Assembly: GCA_029263315.1 (NCBI GenBank) | Contig: JAJCXR010000003.1 | Coordinates: forward strand, 64,615-128,614 | DNA length: 64,000 nucleotides | Origin: Acidobacteriota bacterium | GTDB lineage: Bacteria; Acidobacteriota; Thermoanaerobaculia; Multivoradales; J023 | Reading direction: 5' to 3' | Shown: piece by piece, positions 9,710 through 18,821 of the stretch | How positions within the stretch are numbered: position 1 is the stretch's first letter | How the letters are laid out: the number at the start of each line of letters is the position of its first letter | The notes under the pieces: generated by a model | The model's database searches: none | What the model was told of the DNA's origin: nothing | The model's input: only the letters and a program-made list of their open reading frames with translations | Position numbers and translations under genes: made by a program

Positions 9710-10603
9710 ATGAAACTCGATGATATTCGCAAGATCTGTGTCACCGGAGCGGGCCAGATGGGCGCCCAGATCGCTATCCAGGCGGCGCTGCACGGCTACG
9801 AGGTGACCTTGCACGACATTCAAGCCGAGGCCCTGCAAAAGGCCGTTGACGGCAATCGCAAACACCTCGAGCGCCGGGTCGCCAAGGGCAAGATGAGCGA
9901 TGATGAGGTGACGGCGGTCTTCGACCGGCTGCACACCACCACCTCCCTCGAAGAGGCTTGCCGCGACGCCGACTTTGTCATCGAGGCGGTGGTCGAGATC
10001 CTCGACGTCAAGAAACAGGTCTTCGAGCAGTTGGACCGCCACTGCCCACCCCATACCATCCTGGCCACCAACAGCTCCTACCTGGGCAACTCCGAGATCG
10101 CTCCGGCGACCGGACGTCCGGACAAGGTGGTCAACATGCACTTCTTCTACCCGCCGCTGGTCATGAAGCTGGTGGAGGTGGTCAAGGGGGAGCAGACCTC
10201 CGACGAGACCTTGCGCTTGACCGCCGAGTTGGCCAGCGCCATCGGCAAGCAGCCGGTGATCCTGCACAAGGAGCTGTCGGGGTTTCTGGTCAACCGCATT
10301 TTGCGGGCGATCAGCAACGAAGCCTACTTTCTCCTGGAGAACGGCGTTGCCAGCTTTGAGGACATCGACCGAGCCTGTCAACTGGGTCTCAACCATCCGA
10401 TGGGCCCTTTCATGCTCGGCGACTTCAGCGGCCTGGACATCGGTTACGAAGCCCGTCTCGAAAAGTATCGCCAGAGCGGCGATGAGAGCATGAAACCGCC
10501 CGCCGCCCTGGAACGCCGGGTGCAGCGGGGGGACCTGGGACGCAAGACCGGTCGCGGTTTCTATGATTACTCCACCAACCCACCCACGCCCACAGAGGAC
10601 TGA
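9710..10603 (+). CDS. hbd: 3-hydroxyacyl-CoA / 3-hydroxybutyryl-CoA dehydrogenase
   Basis: NAD-binding ICVTGAGQMGAQIA. Motifs NSSYL, FFYPP, LVEVV. The C-terminal domain is GFLVNRIL. Confidence 0.8.
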   Translation: MKLDDIRKICVTGAGQMGAQIAIQAALHGYEVTLHDIQAEALQKAVDGNRKHLERRVAKGKMSDDEVTAVFDRLHTTTSLEEACRDADFVIEAVVEILDVKKQVFEQLDRHCPPHTILATNSSYLGNSEIAPATGRPDKVVNMHFFYPPLVMKLVEVVKGEQTSDETLRLTAELASAIGKQPVILHKELSGFLVNRILRAISNEAYFLLENGVASFEDIDRACQLGLNHPMGPFMLGDFSGLDIGYEARLEKYRQSGDESMKPPAALERRVQRGDLGRKTGRGFYDYSTNPPTPTED

Positions 10604-10606
10604 TTC

Positions 10607-11374
10607 ATGGATATTCAAAACGCAGTTGCCCTCGTCACCGGCGGTGCTTCCGGCCTCGGCGAAGCCACCGTCCGCCGCCTCGTCGCCGCCGGCGCCAAGG
10701 CGGTCATCGTCGACCTCAACGACGAGCGGGGCCAGGCCCTGGCCGAAGAGCTCGGCGAGGGTGTCGTCTACGTCAAGACCAACGTCGCCGATCCGGCCGC
10801 CGTCGATGCTGCCGTCGAGGCGGCCCGTGAGCTCGGTGAGCTGCGCATCGCGGTGAGCTGTGCTGGCATCGGCCCTGCCGCCAAGACCGTCGCCCGCGAC
10901 GGCTCGCCCCATGATTTCGATCTCTACCGCAAGGTGATCGAGGTCAACTTGCTGGGCACCTTCAACGTCCTCAGCCGCTGCGCCGCCGCCATGTCGCGGA
11001 ATGAGCCCAACGCCGACGGCGAACGGGGGGTGGTGATCAACACCGCCTCCGTCGCCGCCATCGAAGGGCAAATCGGCCAGGTGGCCTATTCGTCGTCCAA
11101 GGGCGGCGTCATCGGCATGACCCTGCCCGCCGCCCGTGACCTCACGTCGGTCGGTGTGCGGGTCATGACCATCGCCCCCGGTACCTTCGACACACCCCTC
11201 TTGGCCGGCCTACCCGAAAAGGTCCGCCACTCCTTGGCGGCGGGCATTCCCTTCCCCAAGCGCCTCGGCTTGCCAGAGGAGTACGCCCAGTTGGTGCAGT
11301 CGATCGTCGAAAATGCCTACCTGAACGGTGAGGTGATCCGTTTGGATGGGGCGTTGCGCATGGCACCGCGGTAG
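10607..11374 (+). CDS. Short-chain dehydrogenase/reductase (SDR), 3-hydroxyacyl-CoA dehydrogenase type-2-like
   Basis: TGGASGLG Rossmann motif, NTAS, and YSSSK (YxxxK catalytic). It lies 4 nt after hbd. Confidence 0.8.
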   Translation: MDIQNAVALVTGGASGLGEATVRRLVAAGAKAVIVDLNDERGQALAEELGEGVVYVKTNVADPAAVDAAVEAARELGELRIAVSCAGIGPAAKTVARDGSPHDFDLYRKVIEVNLLGTFNVLSRCAAAMSRNEPNADGERGVVINTASVAAIEGQIGQVAYSSSKGGVIGMTLPAARDLTSVGVRVMTIAPGTFDTPLLAGLPEKVRHSLAAGIPFPKRLGLPEEYAQLVQSIVENAYLNGEVIRLDGALRMAPR

Positions 11375-11389
11375 GTCCAACTAGCCAAA

Positions 11390-11530
11390 TGCAGGCTCCC
11401 TCTACCGTCCCCGGGAGAGGGCGGGGGGTGAGGGCTCCGATGCAGGCTCCCTCTACCGTCCCCGGGAGAGGGCGGGGGGTGAGGGCTCCGATGCAGGCTC
11501 CCTCTCCCGTCCCCGGGAGAGGGCGGGGGG
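11390..11530. repeat. 51-bp tandem repeat (2.7 copies); each unit holds an imperfect palindrome (ccctctaccg-tcc-ccgggagaggg). REP-like / stacked hairpins.
   Basis: Direct reading: gcaggctccctctaccgtccccgggagagggcggggggtgagggctccgat appears twice, plus a degenerate third copy. Confidence 0.85.
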
Positions 11531-11651
11531 GAGTGACGCTCAGCTGAGACCGACTGCGCTGTCGCCGCTGACGGCATAGTCGAGCCGCGTCTTCTCAAGG
11601 GGGACTTGGTATACTGAACGGGCAAAGTCATCCACCCGAGGCTCACTGCGC

Positions 11652-11826
11652 CAGGAGCAACGGGTCTTGAGACCTGGGAGGTGGCCGATGATATTGCCAG
11701 CCCCCTCACACCTGCGAAGCGGCTTGGCCGATGGCGGTCGGACAAGCCATCTGGGGCTCTGTTGCAGCGAGCGTCACGCCGCAGACGTGGATGCATCGGC
11801 GCTCGAATACCAAGGTATTTCGGGAA
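11652..11826 (+). other. Copy 1 of a duplicated intergenic element (roughly 170 nt, the 3' 65 nt near-identical to copy 2 at 49.9-50.1 kb). Candidate structured RNA or shared regulatory region.
   Basis: ggggctctgttgcagcgagcgtCacGcCgcaGaCgtggatgcatcggCgctcGaatacc aligns to 50027-50090. Upstream it aligns more weakly (tcttgagacctggg vs tcttgtgggcctggg). It contains the GATGCATC palindrome and a gctc/gagc stem. Confidence 0.5.
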
Positions 11827-11957
11827 GGATGTACTCAGGTTCTACCCAACGTTTCTGGGCAGTCTCAGGCGGCTCAGGAATTGTGGCTGGATATCGGATA
11901 GTACTCTTTATGAGGCGCTTACCGTATCATAAAACGGATACTTTGACCCACCAAAAC

Positions 11958-11974
11958 TTGACTTACAAAGTCAA
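11958..11974. promoter_or_regulatory. Perfect 6-bp inverted repeat TTGACTtacaaAGTCAA, 27 nt upstream of the peroxiredoxin start. Candidate operator in an AT-rich promoter region.
   Basis: Direct reading. It sits in a locally low-GC segment (11.85-12.0 kb). Confidence 0.4.
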
Positions 11975-12000
11975 CCAAACAACAACTAGGGGTTACAATC

Positions 12001-12651
12001 ATGTCCATTCGCATTGACGACATCGCTCCAGACTTCACTGTCAATTCCACCGCTGGCACGATCCAACTTCACGATTGGATCGGTGATAGCTATGCCATCC
12101 TCTTTTCGCATCCAAAGGATTTTACGCCGGTATGTACGACTGAATTCGGTGCCGTTGCTCAGCTGGTTCCTGAATTTGCCAAACGCAATACCAAAGTCAT
12201 GGGCGTATCTGTGGACAACGTTGAAGAGCACATAAAATGGAAGCGCGACATCGAAGCCTTCGCCGGTGCTCCTGCCGACTTTCCGATTATCGACGATACT
12301 TCGTTGCATGTATCCAAACTGTACGACATGCTGCCAGCGGGTGCCTATCTGACCGAGAATCGTACGCCTGTCGACAGCGCCACTGTGCGGACTGTATTCA
12401 TCATCGGTCCTGACAAGAAGGTTCGCCTAACCATGTCATATCCGATGTCAGTAGGCCGCAACTTCGCGGAGATTCTGCGTGCCTTGGATGCAATCCAGCT
12501 CACCGATGGTGCACCTGTTGCTACGCCCGCCAACTGGGTTCCCGGTCAGGACGTGATAGTCGGGCTGGGCCTGAACGATGAGCAGGCGAAAGAAAAGTTC
12601 GGAGATATCAATATTAAGCTGCCCTATTTGCGATTTACAAAAAGCCCCTGA
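12001..12651 (+). CDS. 1-Cys peroxiredoxin (Prx6-type thiol peroxidase)
   Basis: FSHPKDFTPVCTTE peroxidatic Cys motif; full-length Prx6-like fold of 216 aa. GC is noticeably lower than the surrounding DNA. Confidence 0.85.
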   Translation: MSIRIDDIAPDFTVNSTAGTIQLHDWIGDSYAILFSHPKDFTPVCTTEFGAVAQLVPEFAKRNTKVMGVSVDNVEEHIKWKRDIEAFAGAPADFPIIDDTSLHVSKLYDMLPAGAYLTENRTPVDSATVRTVFIIGPDKKVRLTMSYPMSVGRNFAEILRALDAIQLTDGAPVATPANWVPGQDVIVGLGLNDEQAKEKFGDINIKLPYLRFTKSP

Positions 12652-12738
12652 AAGTTAGAAACAGAACAAGTACAGGGAGCTGTCACGTTGCCCTTCTGAT
12701 GTGAAACCGAGAGACCTCAGCAGGTCGCTGGCTCGCCG

Positions 12739-14502
12739 TCAGGATGCTGGACGGCGAGCACTTTCACTCCAGCCGCGGCGTTCGCCAATCTGCCCGAGGT
12801 TGCGCAGCAGGCGGCCGGTGACCTCGCGGGCCGCCGCCCGAACCTTGCGAGAGGTAGGCTGGTCGGTGATGCGGACGCAGAAGGCCAGTTGGGCCTTGGG
12901 CAGGGGACCGATGCCGATGTAGTTGACGTGAAATCCGTACCTGGGATGGCTGGCGGTGCCGGTTTTCATGGCGACCGGGAATCCGGCGGGCGCCATATTG
13001 CGGGCCGTGCCGCGCTCGGCGACCGCCACCATGGAATCCAAGATGGGCTGAATCTGGCGCTCTTCGATGACCGGACGATCGGACGACGGCTGCAAGGGGC
13101 GGGGATGCAAACCCAAGCGTCCGTCCTGGGAAACCAGCAATCTCGGCCGGGGCATGCGGCCATCGTTGGCCATGACGGCGGCCATCAGAGCGCCATGCAG
13201 AGGTGTCATCTCCGTCGCCTCGAGGCCTATGGACAAATCCGCCAGCTGACGCAGGTCTCCCCGGGACTGGAGGATCCGGGCGCCGGGAAAGGGTCCCCAG
13301 TCGCCGCCGAAACCAAAGGCCCGAAGCTCATCCAGCATGGCGCGACGCCCGACCCGCACCGCAAGATTGGCGAAGGCGACGTTGCAGCTGACCGCCATGG
13401 CCCGATCGAGGCCGCGCAGCCGACCGGCGATATGCGGACAATAAAGCCTTTCGCCGTCATAACTCTGATGGCCGCGGCATTCCATGACGGCGAGCAGGGA
13501 GTCCGGGTCCAGCCCGGCTCGTAAAGTCGCTGCAGTGGTGATTAACTTCGACACCGACGCCGGCTCGCGGAATTGCTCGAAAGCCGCGGTGCCACCCTGG
13601 CGATAGGTCCTGCGATCACTGACCGCCGCCAAGACCTCGCCACTGTGGGGATCGATGATGACAATGCTGCCGCGGTGGGTGCGTCCAAAAGCACGGAATG
13701 CGGCCGCACTGAGCTCCAAATCCAGGCTCGAACGCAGGGAGCTGGCCTCAGGATGCTCCGCCATGGCGACCTCCACCGCCCGCGGCACCCACTCCGGACG
13801 AATTCCCTCCAACAACCGCAACTCGCGGCCGTCATAGGTGGCGATGGCTTCGCCCTGACGATCCCGCAACACTTGTCCCGCAAGGTCTGGAGATCGGCTG
13901 GCGAAGCCCTGTAACCGATGTAGTAGGCGGCTGGCGGTCGGCGGTGGTACCTGGGACGCCCCGAGGGCTTCGACCTCGATCATTTGGCCGGTCTCGATGG
14001 CCAGGGCCACCTGCACCGCGGCCACCGCCGGACGGCCCAAGGCCTCGGCCAAGACGGTCAGATGCTTGGCGTGCTCGAGCTCACCGCGCTCGAAGGCGGC
14101 ACGAACCATGAGAGGCAGCGGCAGCTCCGTCCCATCCGGGCCAGCCTCGATAGGTCCCTCGACGGCTGAGCTTGGCGCCGCCGAAGAGACGCCGAGGGCA
14201 GCCTGCAGGGTGCCGACTTGGGCATCGTCGACGACGCCGACATCACCCTCTGCCAGGAGGTGGCGGGCGGCGTCCCACTGGCCGTCCACCAGCAGGCTCC
14301 CCACCTGCAATAAAAGCGCTTGCTGCTCGACCCGCTGAATCTCGGTCGACAACAATCCCACCATGAGCACTGGCAAGCTCCACAGACCCAAACGGAGCAC
14401 GTACCGACGCCAAATAGGACGGCGCACGGTCTGTTCTTGGGCCGGTGTCTGCTGGGGTGCCGTCCGATGCCGCTCTTCGCGACCCGCCACGGAACGTGTC
14501 AC
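12739..14502 (-). CDS. Penicillin-binding protein, transpeptidase (FtsI/PBP2-like) with N-terminal membrane anchor
   Basis: SVSK (SxxK), SCN (SxN) and KTGT triad motifs in the correct order. N-terminal transmembrane segment LRLGLWSLPVLMVGLL. Confidence 0.7.
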   Translation of the reverse strand: MTRSVAGREERHRTAPQQTPAQEQTVRRPIWRRYVLRLGLWSLPVLMVGLLSTEIQRVEQQALLLQVGSLLVDGQWDAARHLLAEGDVGVVDDAQVGTLQAALGVSSAAPSSAVEGPIEAGPDGTELPLPLMVRAAFERGELEHAKHLTVLAEALGRPAVAAVQVALAIETGQMIEVEALGASQVPPPTASRLLHRLQGFASRSPDLAGQVLRDRQGEAIATYDGRELRLLEGIRPEWVPRAVEVAMAEHPEASSLRSSLDLELSAAAFRAFGRTHRGSIVIIDPHSGEVLAAVSDRRTYRQGGTAAFEQFREPASVSKLITTAATLRAGLDPDSLLAVMECRGHQSYDGERLYCPHIAGRLRGLDRAMAVSCNVAFANLAVRVGRRAMLDELRAFGFGGDWGPFPGARILQSRGDLRQLADLSIGLEATEMTPLHGALMAAVMANDGRMPRPRLLVSQDGRLGLHPRPLQPSSDRPVIEERQIQPILDSMVAVAERGTARNMAPAGFPVAMKTGTASHPRYGFHVNYIGIGPLPKAQLAFCVRITDQPTSRKVRAAAREVTGRLLRNLGQIGERRGWSESARRPAS

Positions 14503-15458
14503 CGCAGGCTCAGGTCGGCCACAACGCCCAAATGATCCGAAAGGGGAATCGGTAGGGTGTGGTACGCCTCGTAGGTCAGCTCAGGAGAGATCAGCACCCA
14601 ATCGAGGCGCCGGATGGGACGGCGGCTGGGAAAGGTCGGGGCGACGGCATGGGGCTCATAGGCTTCCAGGCCGAGGGTTTCCATCAGGAGTCGCAACGAG
14701 CGCGGCTCCCATTGCCAGCAGCAATTGAGATCTCCCACCACGACGCAGGGACGGCGGCGAGGGGTCAGCCGCTCGGCGAGCTGCAAGATTTGCTTGCGCC
14801 GCACGCGGGGAACGAGAAAATCCAGGTGCACGGAGACGATATCGATCTCGGCGTTGTTCCACTCGGGGACCTTCACCGTGGCGGCGACAAATCCTTTGGT
14901 GTCCCGCCACGAAACGGCAAAACGATGGGACGACGGTTTCTGGAGGGGTAGATTGGCCATCAGGGCGGTGCCCGAAGCAAGGCGGAATCGCCCCCACTGG
15001 AATGGGTTGTGATCACCACGATAGTGATCGATCAAATTGGCTTGCTCGGCCAGCGTCGCCACATGGTCGAAGTTGCCGCTCCAGGCGGAGGGGCCGTCCG
15101 CCTCCTGCAATGCTACGACATCCGGGGTCAGATCCCGCACCGTCGCGGCGATTTGAAGGAGGTTTTGCTGCGCCGTATGACGGCGCAAAAACGGACGGTT
15201 GGCCGTGTTACGACGGCCATGGGCCACGTTGAGGCTGAACAGGCGGAGGCTGCCGTCTTCCTTGGGCGGCACCTCGACCTCGACCTCGACTTCGGTTTCG
15301 GGGATCACTTCACGGTCCGGCAATCCGGCGGCGAGACTGGGATGACTACCCAGACGCACCGGATCGAGCCACCGACGGCTCCATGCAGCGCCATCGAAGC
15401 GGCGCCGAAGACGTCGCAATCTTGCCAGGCTACGGTGGGTCAACGAGCTGTCGCTCAA
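14499..15458 (-). CDS. Endonuclease/exonuclease/phosphatase (EEP) family protein
   Basis: LRLFSLNVAHG…VVALQE…SDH motifs of the EEP fold. 4-bp overlap with the downstream PBP gene, so an operon. Confidence 0.65.
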   Translation of the reverse strand: MSDSSLTHRSLARLRRLRRRFDGAAWSRRWLDPVRLGSHPSLAAGLPDREVIPETEVEVEVEVPPKEDGSLRLFSLNVAHGRRNTANRPFLRRHTAQQNLLQIAATVRDLTPDVVALQEADGPSAWSGNFDHVATLAEQANLIDHYRGDHNPFQWGRFRLASGTALMANLPLQKPSSHRFAVSWRDTKGFVAATVKVPEWNNAEIDIVSVHLDFLVPRVRRKQILQLAERLTPRRRPCVVVGDLNCCWQWEPRSLRLLMETLGLEAYEPHAVAPTFPSRRPIRRLDWVLISPELTYEAYHTLPIPLSDHLGVVADLSLR

Positions 15459-15552
15459 TATCGTCCTCCTGGTGAACCTGCGTTGTTACGTCTCCGGTCA
15501 CCTAGTTAAAAACTTCGATGTGTCCGCTTCGAATCCATGGACCGCTTTGCCT

Positions 15553-16254
15553 TCAGCCGGTGGCCTCCTCGGCACCCGATTCTCTACTGGGGGGGACCAA
15601 TTTGTCACCCCGCAGCTTGCGGTTGCGCAAACGACGATAGCGACGGCGGGAGGCGACCCAGTAGAACCCCTGGGGGCCCACCTTGTCACCCTTGACCAAG
15701 GGAGCAATCGTCAGCTCTTCACCCGGTGGATCTCCCACCGCGGCGTAGAAACGGTCGAATTTGTTCCACTCCTCAGCCAATTGGCCACTACGCTTGAGCC
15801 ACTGCCAAATGTAGTAAATGCGCTCGCCGCGTTTGCCGTGGCGCACTTGCTTTTCGCCATCGCAGCCGCAGCTCGCCTTCTTATCCTTGTAGAGCAAAGT
15901 CGCCCTTACGGTGAGCTCGTTGCCACAGTCGCAACTCACCCGCCATAGGATATCACCGGCCGAGGTACGGCCGCACTTTTCCTCGACGGTCAGCATGTTG
16001 AAACGCTTTCCCTTGAGATCGAGTGCCTTGCCGTGGAAACCGTCCTTGACCCGTGCAATACGCGCCTTGACGCGCCGATCGTCGCCGTCCATGGCCACTT
16101 GGCATGGATTGCAGATAACCCGTCGATCCCCCTCCCATAGACGCCGTGAGCTACATCGTTTACATACCGGATTGGAACACAGGGCGCAGCGATACCTTGG
16201 AATCGCCGCGTCACAAATCTCACTCTGAACGTGACACGTCTTGATCGTAGTCAT
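15553..16254 (-). CDS. Cys-rich hypothetical protein with N-terminal zinc-ribbon-like CxxC clusters and a basic C-terminus
   Basis: CHVQSEICD…CALCSNPVCKRCSS…CNPCQ…CDCGNE…CGCDG. R/K-rich tail. Local GC about 52 %, flanked by a 500-bp AT-rich gap (16255-16765). Confidence 0.45.
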   Translation of the reverse strand: MTTIKTCHVQSEICDAAIPRYRCALCSNPVCKRCSSRRLWEGDRRVICNPCQVAMDGDDRRVKARIARVKDGFHGKALDLKGKRFNMLTVEEKCGRTSAGDILWRVSCDCGNELTVRATLLYKDKKASCGCDGEKQVRHGKRGERIYYIWQWLKRSGQLAEEWNKFDRFYAAVGDPPGEELTIAPLVKGDKVGPQGFYWVASRRRYRRLRNRKLRGDKLVPPSRESGAEEATG

Positions 16255-16765
16255 CTTGAACCCATCCTCTCGTCAGTCCACACTTAGTAGCCCGTGTACC
16301 TACGCAGGCACACATGGGCTACGCCACTCGTCCTCGAGAAGGAGGGTCGCGTGCGCTTCCACACGATCGGCATCACCCATGGCAATTTTGCCCGAGACAA
16401 TCCGATGCCCACCCTTCATCCACCACTCTCACCCTACACACCAAGGGCAGCTTGCGTGGTCCGCTGGAACCGTGGGTCAAAAACAGAACAAATGCTACCG
16501 CTTGCTTAGACATCGACCAGGAAGGTCAAAAACTGTCTCGGTAGTAATTTGAAATGTAATGTTTGTTGGGGCCGCGGGGGCTTACCGTACACATTACCCA
16601 GGAGTTTTGACCAGCCATCTGCGGCTTGAGCTTCTAGCTGGCCTCATTCCCTTCCCAGAATTGCAACCAGGGGTCACAAAATCCCGCCTGATAGTAACCC
16701 ATACTGAGGCGTCCCACAAGTAACTCATTGCGTGGCGATCCCACGGGGGGACGCCCCCACTCGCC

Positions 16766-18616
16766 TCAAGTCTCCAGAATGCCACCGTACTGCAAGTGGT
16801 GCAGACGGTGATAAATGCCCTGCAGCGCCAGCAGCTCGTGGTGTGTGCCCTGCTCGCGCAAGCGTCCCTTGTGCATGACCAGGATGCGATCCGCCTTTTG
16901 GATCGTCGATAGACGATGGGCGATCACCAAGCTGGTGCGTCCGGTCAAAAGACGTTCGAGGGCCTGCTGAATCAACTGCTCGGTCTCCGTATCGATGGAG
17001 GCCGTCGCTTCGTCGAGGATGAGAATCCGTGGATCGAAGGCCAGGGCACGGGCGAAGGCGATCAGTTGCTTCTGCCCCACGGAGAGCCCCGCTCCCCGCT
17101 CCAGCACCGGCGTGGAGAAACCCTGGGGCAGCTTGTCGATGAAACCCAGCGCCTGGACCTCCGCCGCCGCCCAGCGTAGCCGCTCATCGTCGATGCTTTG
17201 TTTCCCCAGGCGGATATTGCTCGAGATGTCGCCGGCGAAGAGAAAGACATCCTGCAATACCATGGCCACCTGGCGGCGCAGCACCGCCGGGTGCCATTGT
17301 CGAACATCGACACCATCGACCTCGACACGCCCCCGATCGACGTCGTAAAAGCGCAACAGGAGGTTGGCCAGCGTGCTCTTGCCGGCCCCGGTGTGACCGA
17401 CCACCGCCACGGTCTCGCCGGGGGCGATGTGGAAACTGATGTCGCGCAGCACATCTTCACCCTCGACGTAGGAAAAGCTCACCTGGGAGAACTGGATCTC
17501 ACCGGCGACTTGCTGCGGCGCGTAGGCCTCGGCGGGCACCTCGATTTCCACCTCCGCATCGAGCAATTGAAAAATCCGCTCGGAGCTTGCCATCGCGGCC
17601 TGCAGGATGTTGTATTTCTCCGTCAGGTCCGCCAAGGGGCGGTAGAAACGCTGCGCGTACTGGAGGAAGGCCACCAGTGCCCCGAAGGACAGGGCACCGG
17701 CAATGATCAAACCGCCGCCGTACCAAACGATAAGGGCCAAACCGACGGCGGTGATCAGCTCGACGCCGGGAAAGTAGACGGCGAAGTAAAAGATCGCCTT
17801 GACGTTGACCACCCGGTGCTCTTCGTTGATGGCATCAAATTCTTCGTAGACCTGCCGTTGGCGGTTGAACAGCTGCACCACCGACATGCCGCCGATGTGC
17901 TCCTGCAGGAACGCATTGATCCGGGCGATCTTGACCCTCACCTCTCGGAAGCTGCGGCGGACCCGGGTCTTGAACCAGAAGGTGAGCACCAAGAGCAGGG
18001 GCAGGATCGAAAAGCTGACCAGGGCCAGCTTCCAATGCAAGATGAAGAGGGCGATGACGATACCCGCCAGCAAGAAGATATCGCCGAAGACCGAGACCAA
18101 GCCAGCGGTGAACAGCTCGTTGAGGGAGGCGATATCGGTGGTGGAACGGGTCACCAGGCGACCGATGGGGTGGCGATCGAAATAGGATACCGACAACCGC
18201 TGGAGCTTGCCGAAAACATCCCGCCGCAGGTCGTCCATGATCAGCTGACCCGTCATCTCCATGATGTAGCCCTGGGCGTAGAGCACGACGAAGGCCAGCA
18301 TCAGCGCCGCGGCGTAGGTCAAAGCCAAGGCGATCACCCCTTGCTCTGGGCTCAGGCTCCAGCCTTGGGCATCGAGGAAAGCTGCCACCCAGCGACTGGC
18401 CGCGGTATCTGGCTGCCCTTCCGAGACCGGGACGACAAACAGGTCGAGGGTCACCGCCGTCGCCAGGGGGCCCACCAGCTGTAAGGCCGACGAGGTGATG
18501 ATCATCAGCACCGCCACCATCGCCCGCCAGCGGTAGGGATACAAATAACCCAACAAGCGGCGCATCAACCGGGCATCGTAGACTTTGCCGACAGACTCTT
18601 CTTCATGATGATCCAT
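16766..18616 (-). CDS. ABC transporter, fused permease/ATP-binding exporter (MsbA/lipid A-type)
   Basis: Six transmembrane segments then Walker A GHTGAGKST, signature LSVGQKQ, Walker B ILILDEATASID. Start taken at MDHHEE (18616); the track ORF to 18970 is over-extended. Confidence 0.8.
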   Translation of the reverse strand: MDHHEEESVGKVYDARLMRRLLGYLYPYRWRAMVAVLMIITSSALQLVGPLATAVTLDLFVVPVSEGQPDTAASRWVAAFLDAQGWSLSPEQGVIALALTYAAALMLAFVVLYAQGYIMEMTGQLIMDDLRRDVFGKLQRLSVSYFDRHPIGRLVTRSTTDIASLNELFTAGLVSVFGDIFLLAGIVIALFILHWKLALVSFSILPLLLVLTFWFKTRVRRSFREVRVKIARINAFLQEHIGGMSVVQLFNRQRQVYEEFDAINEEHRVVNVKAIFYFAVYFPGVELITAVGLALIVWYGGGLIIAGALSFGALVAFLQYAQRFYRPLADLTEKYNILQAAMASSERIFQLLDAEVEIEVPAEAYAPQQVAGEIQFSQVSFSYVEGEDVLRDISFHIAPGETVAVVGHTGAGKSTLANLLLRFYDVDRGRVEVDGVDVRQWHPAVLRRQVAMVLQDVFLFAGDISSNIRLGKQSIDDERLRWAAAEVQALGFIDKLPQGFSTPVLERGAGLSVGQKQLIAFARALAFDPRILILDEATASIDTETEQLIQQALERLLTGRTSLVIAHRLSTIQKADRILVMHKGRLREQGTHHELLALQGIYHRLHHLQYGGILET

Positions 18617-18821
18617 AGGGCGCCCAACCTTAACCCAAACCGTGTCGCCATCGGAGGCCAAAAGCCGTGTCGACAGAAGAGGCGAAAAGGCGAGGTCGCG
18701 ACTTTGCCCCATTCGCCTCTTGCTATACAATGGCCGCGAGCACAAAGAGCTTGATTCACCATCTCGAACGACGGGCCTTGGCAAGGGCTCCGTCCAGACC
18801 TGATCGCGAGGACCGTAACCC

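Noticed and set aside
9665-11071. 468-aa minus-strand ORF spanning hbd and the SDR gene
   Set aside because: Antisense to two well-supported plus-strand genes. Gly/Asp/Val-rich nonsense is typical of GC-rich shadow ORFs.
11390-11530. Possible CRISPR array
   Set aside because: Units are directly abutting 51-bp repeats with no intervening unique spacers, and no cas genes are nearby. It is a palindromic tandem repeat.
11760-11775. Sigma-54 -24/-12 match (GGctctgtTGCa) inside the duplicated element
   Set aside because: The GG to GC spacing is 7-9 nt instead of 10, so it is not a sigma-54 promoter.
17198-18484. 428-aa plus-strand ORF inside the ABC transporter gene
   Set aside because: Antisense shadow ORF. 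The minus-strand frame carries Walker A/B and ABC signature motifs.
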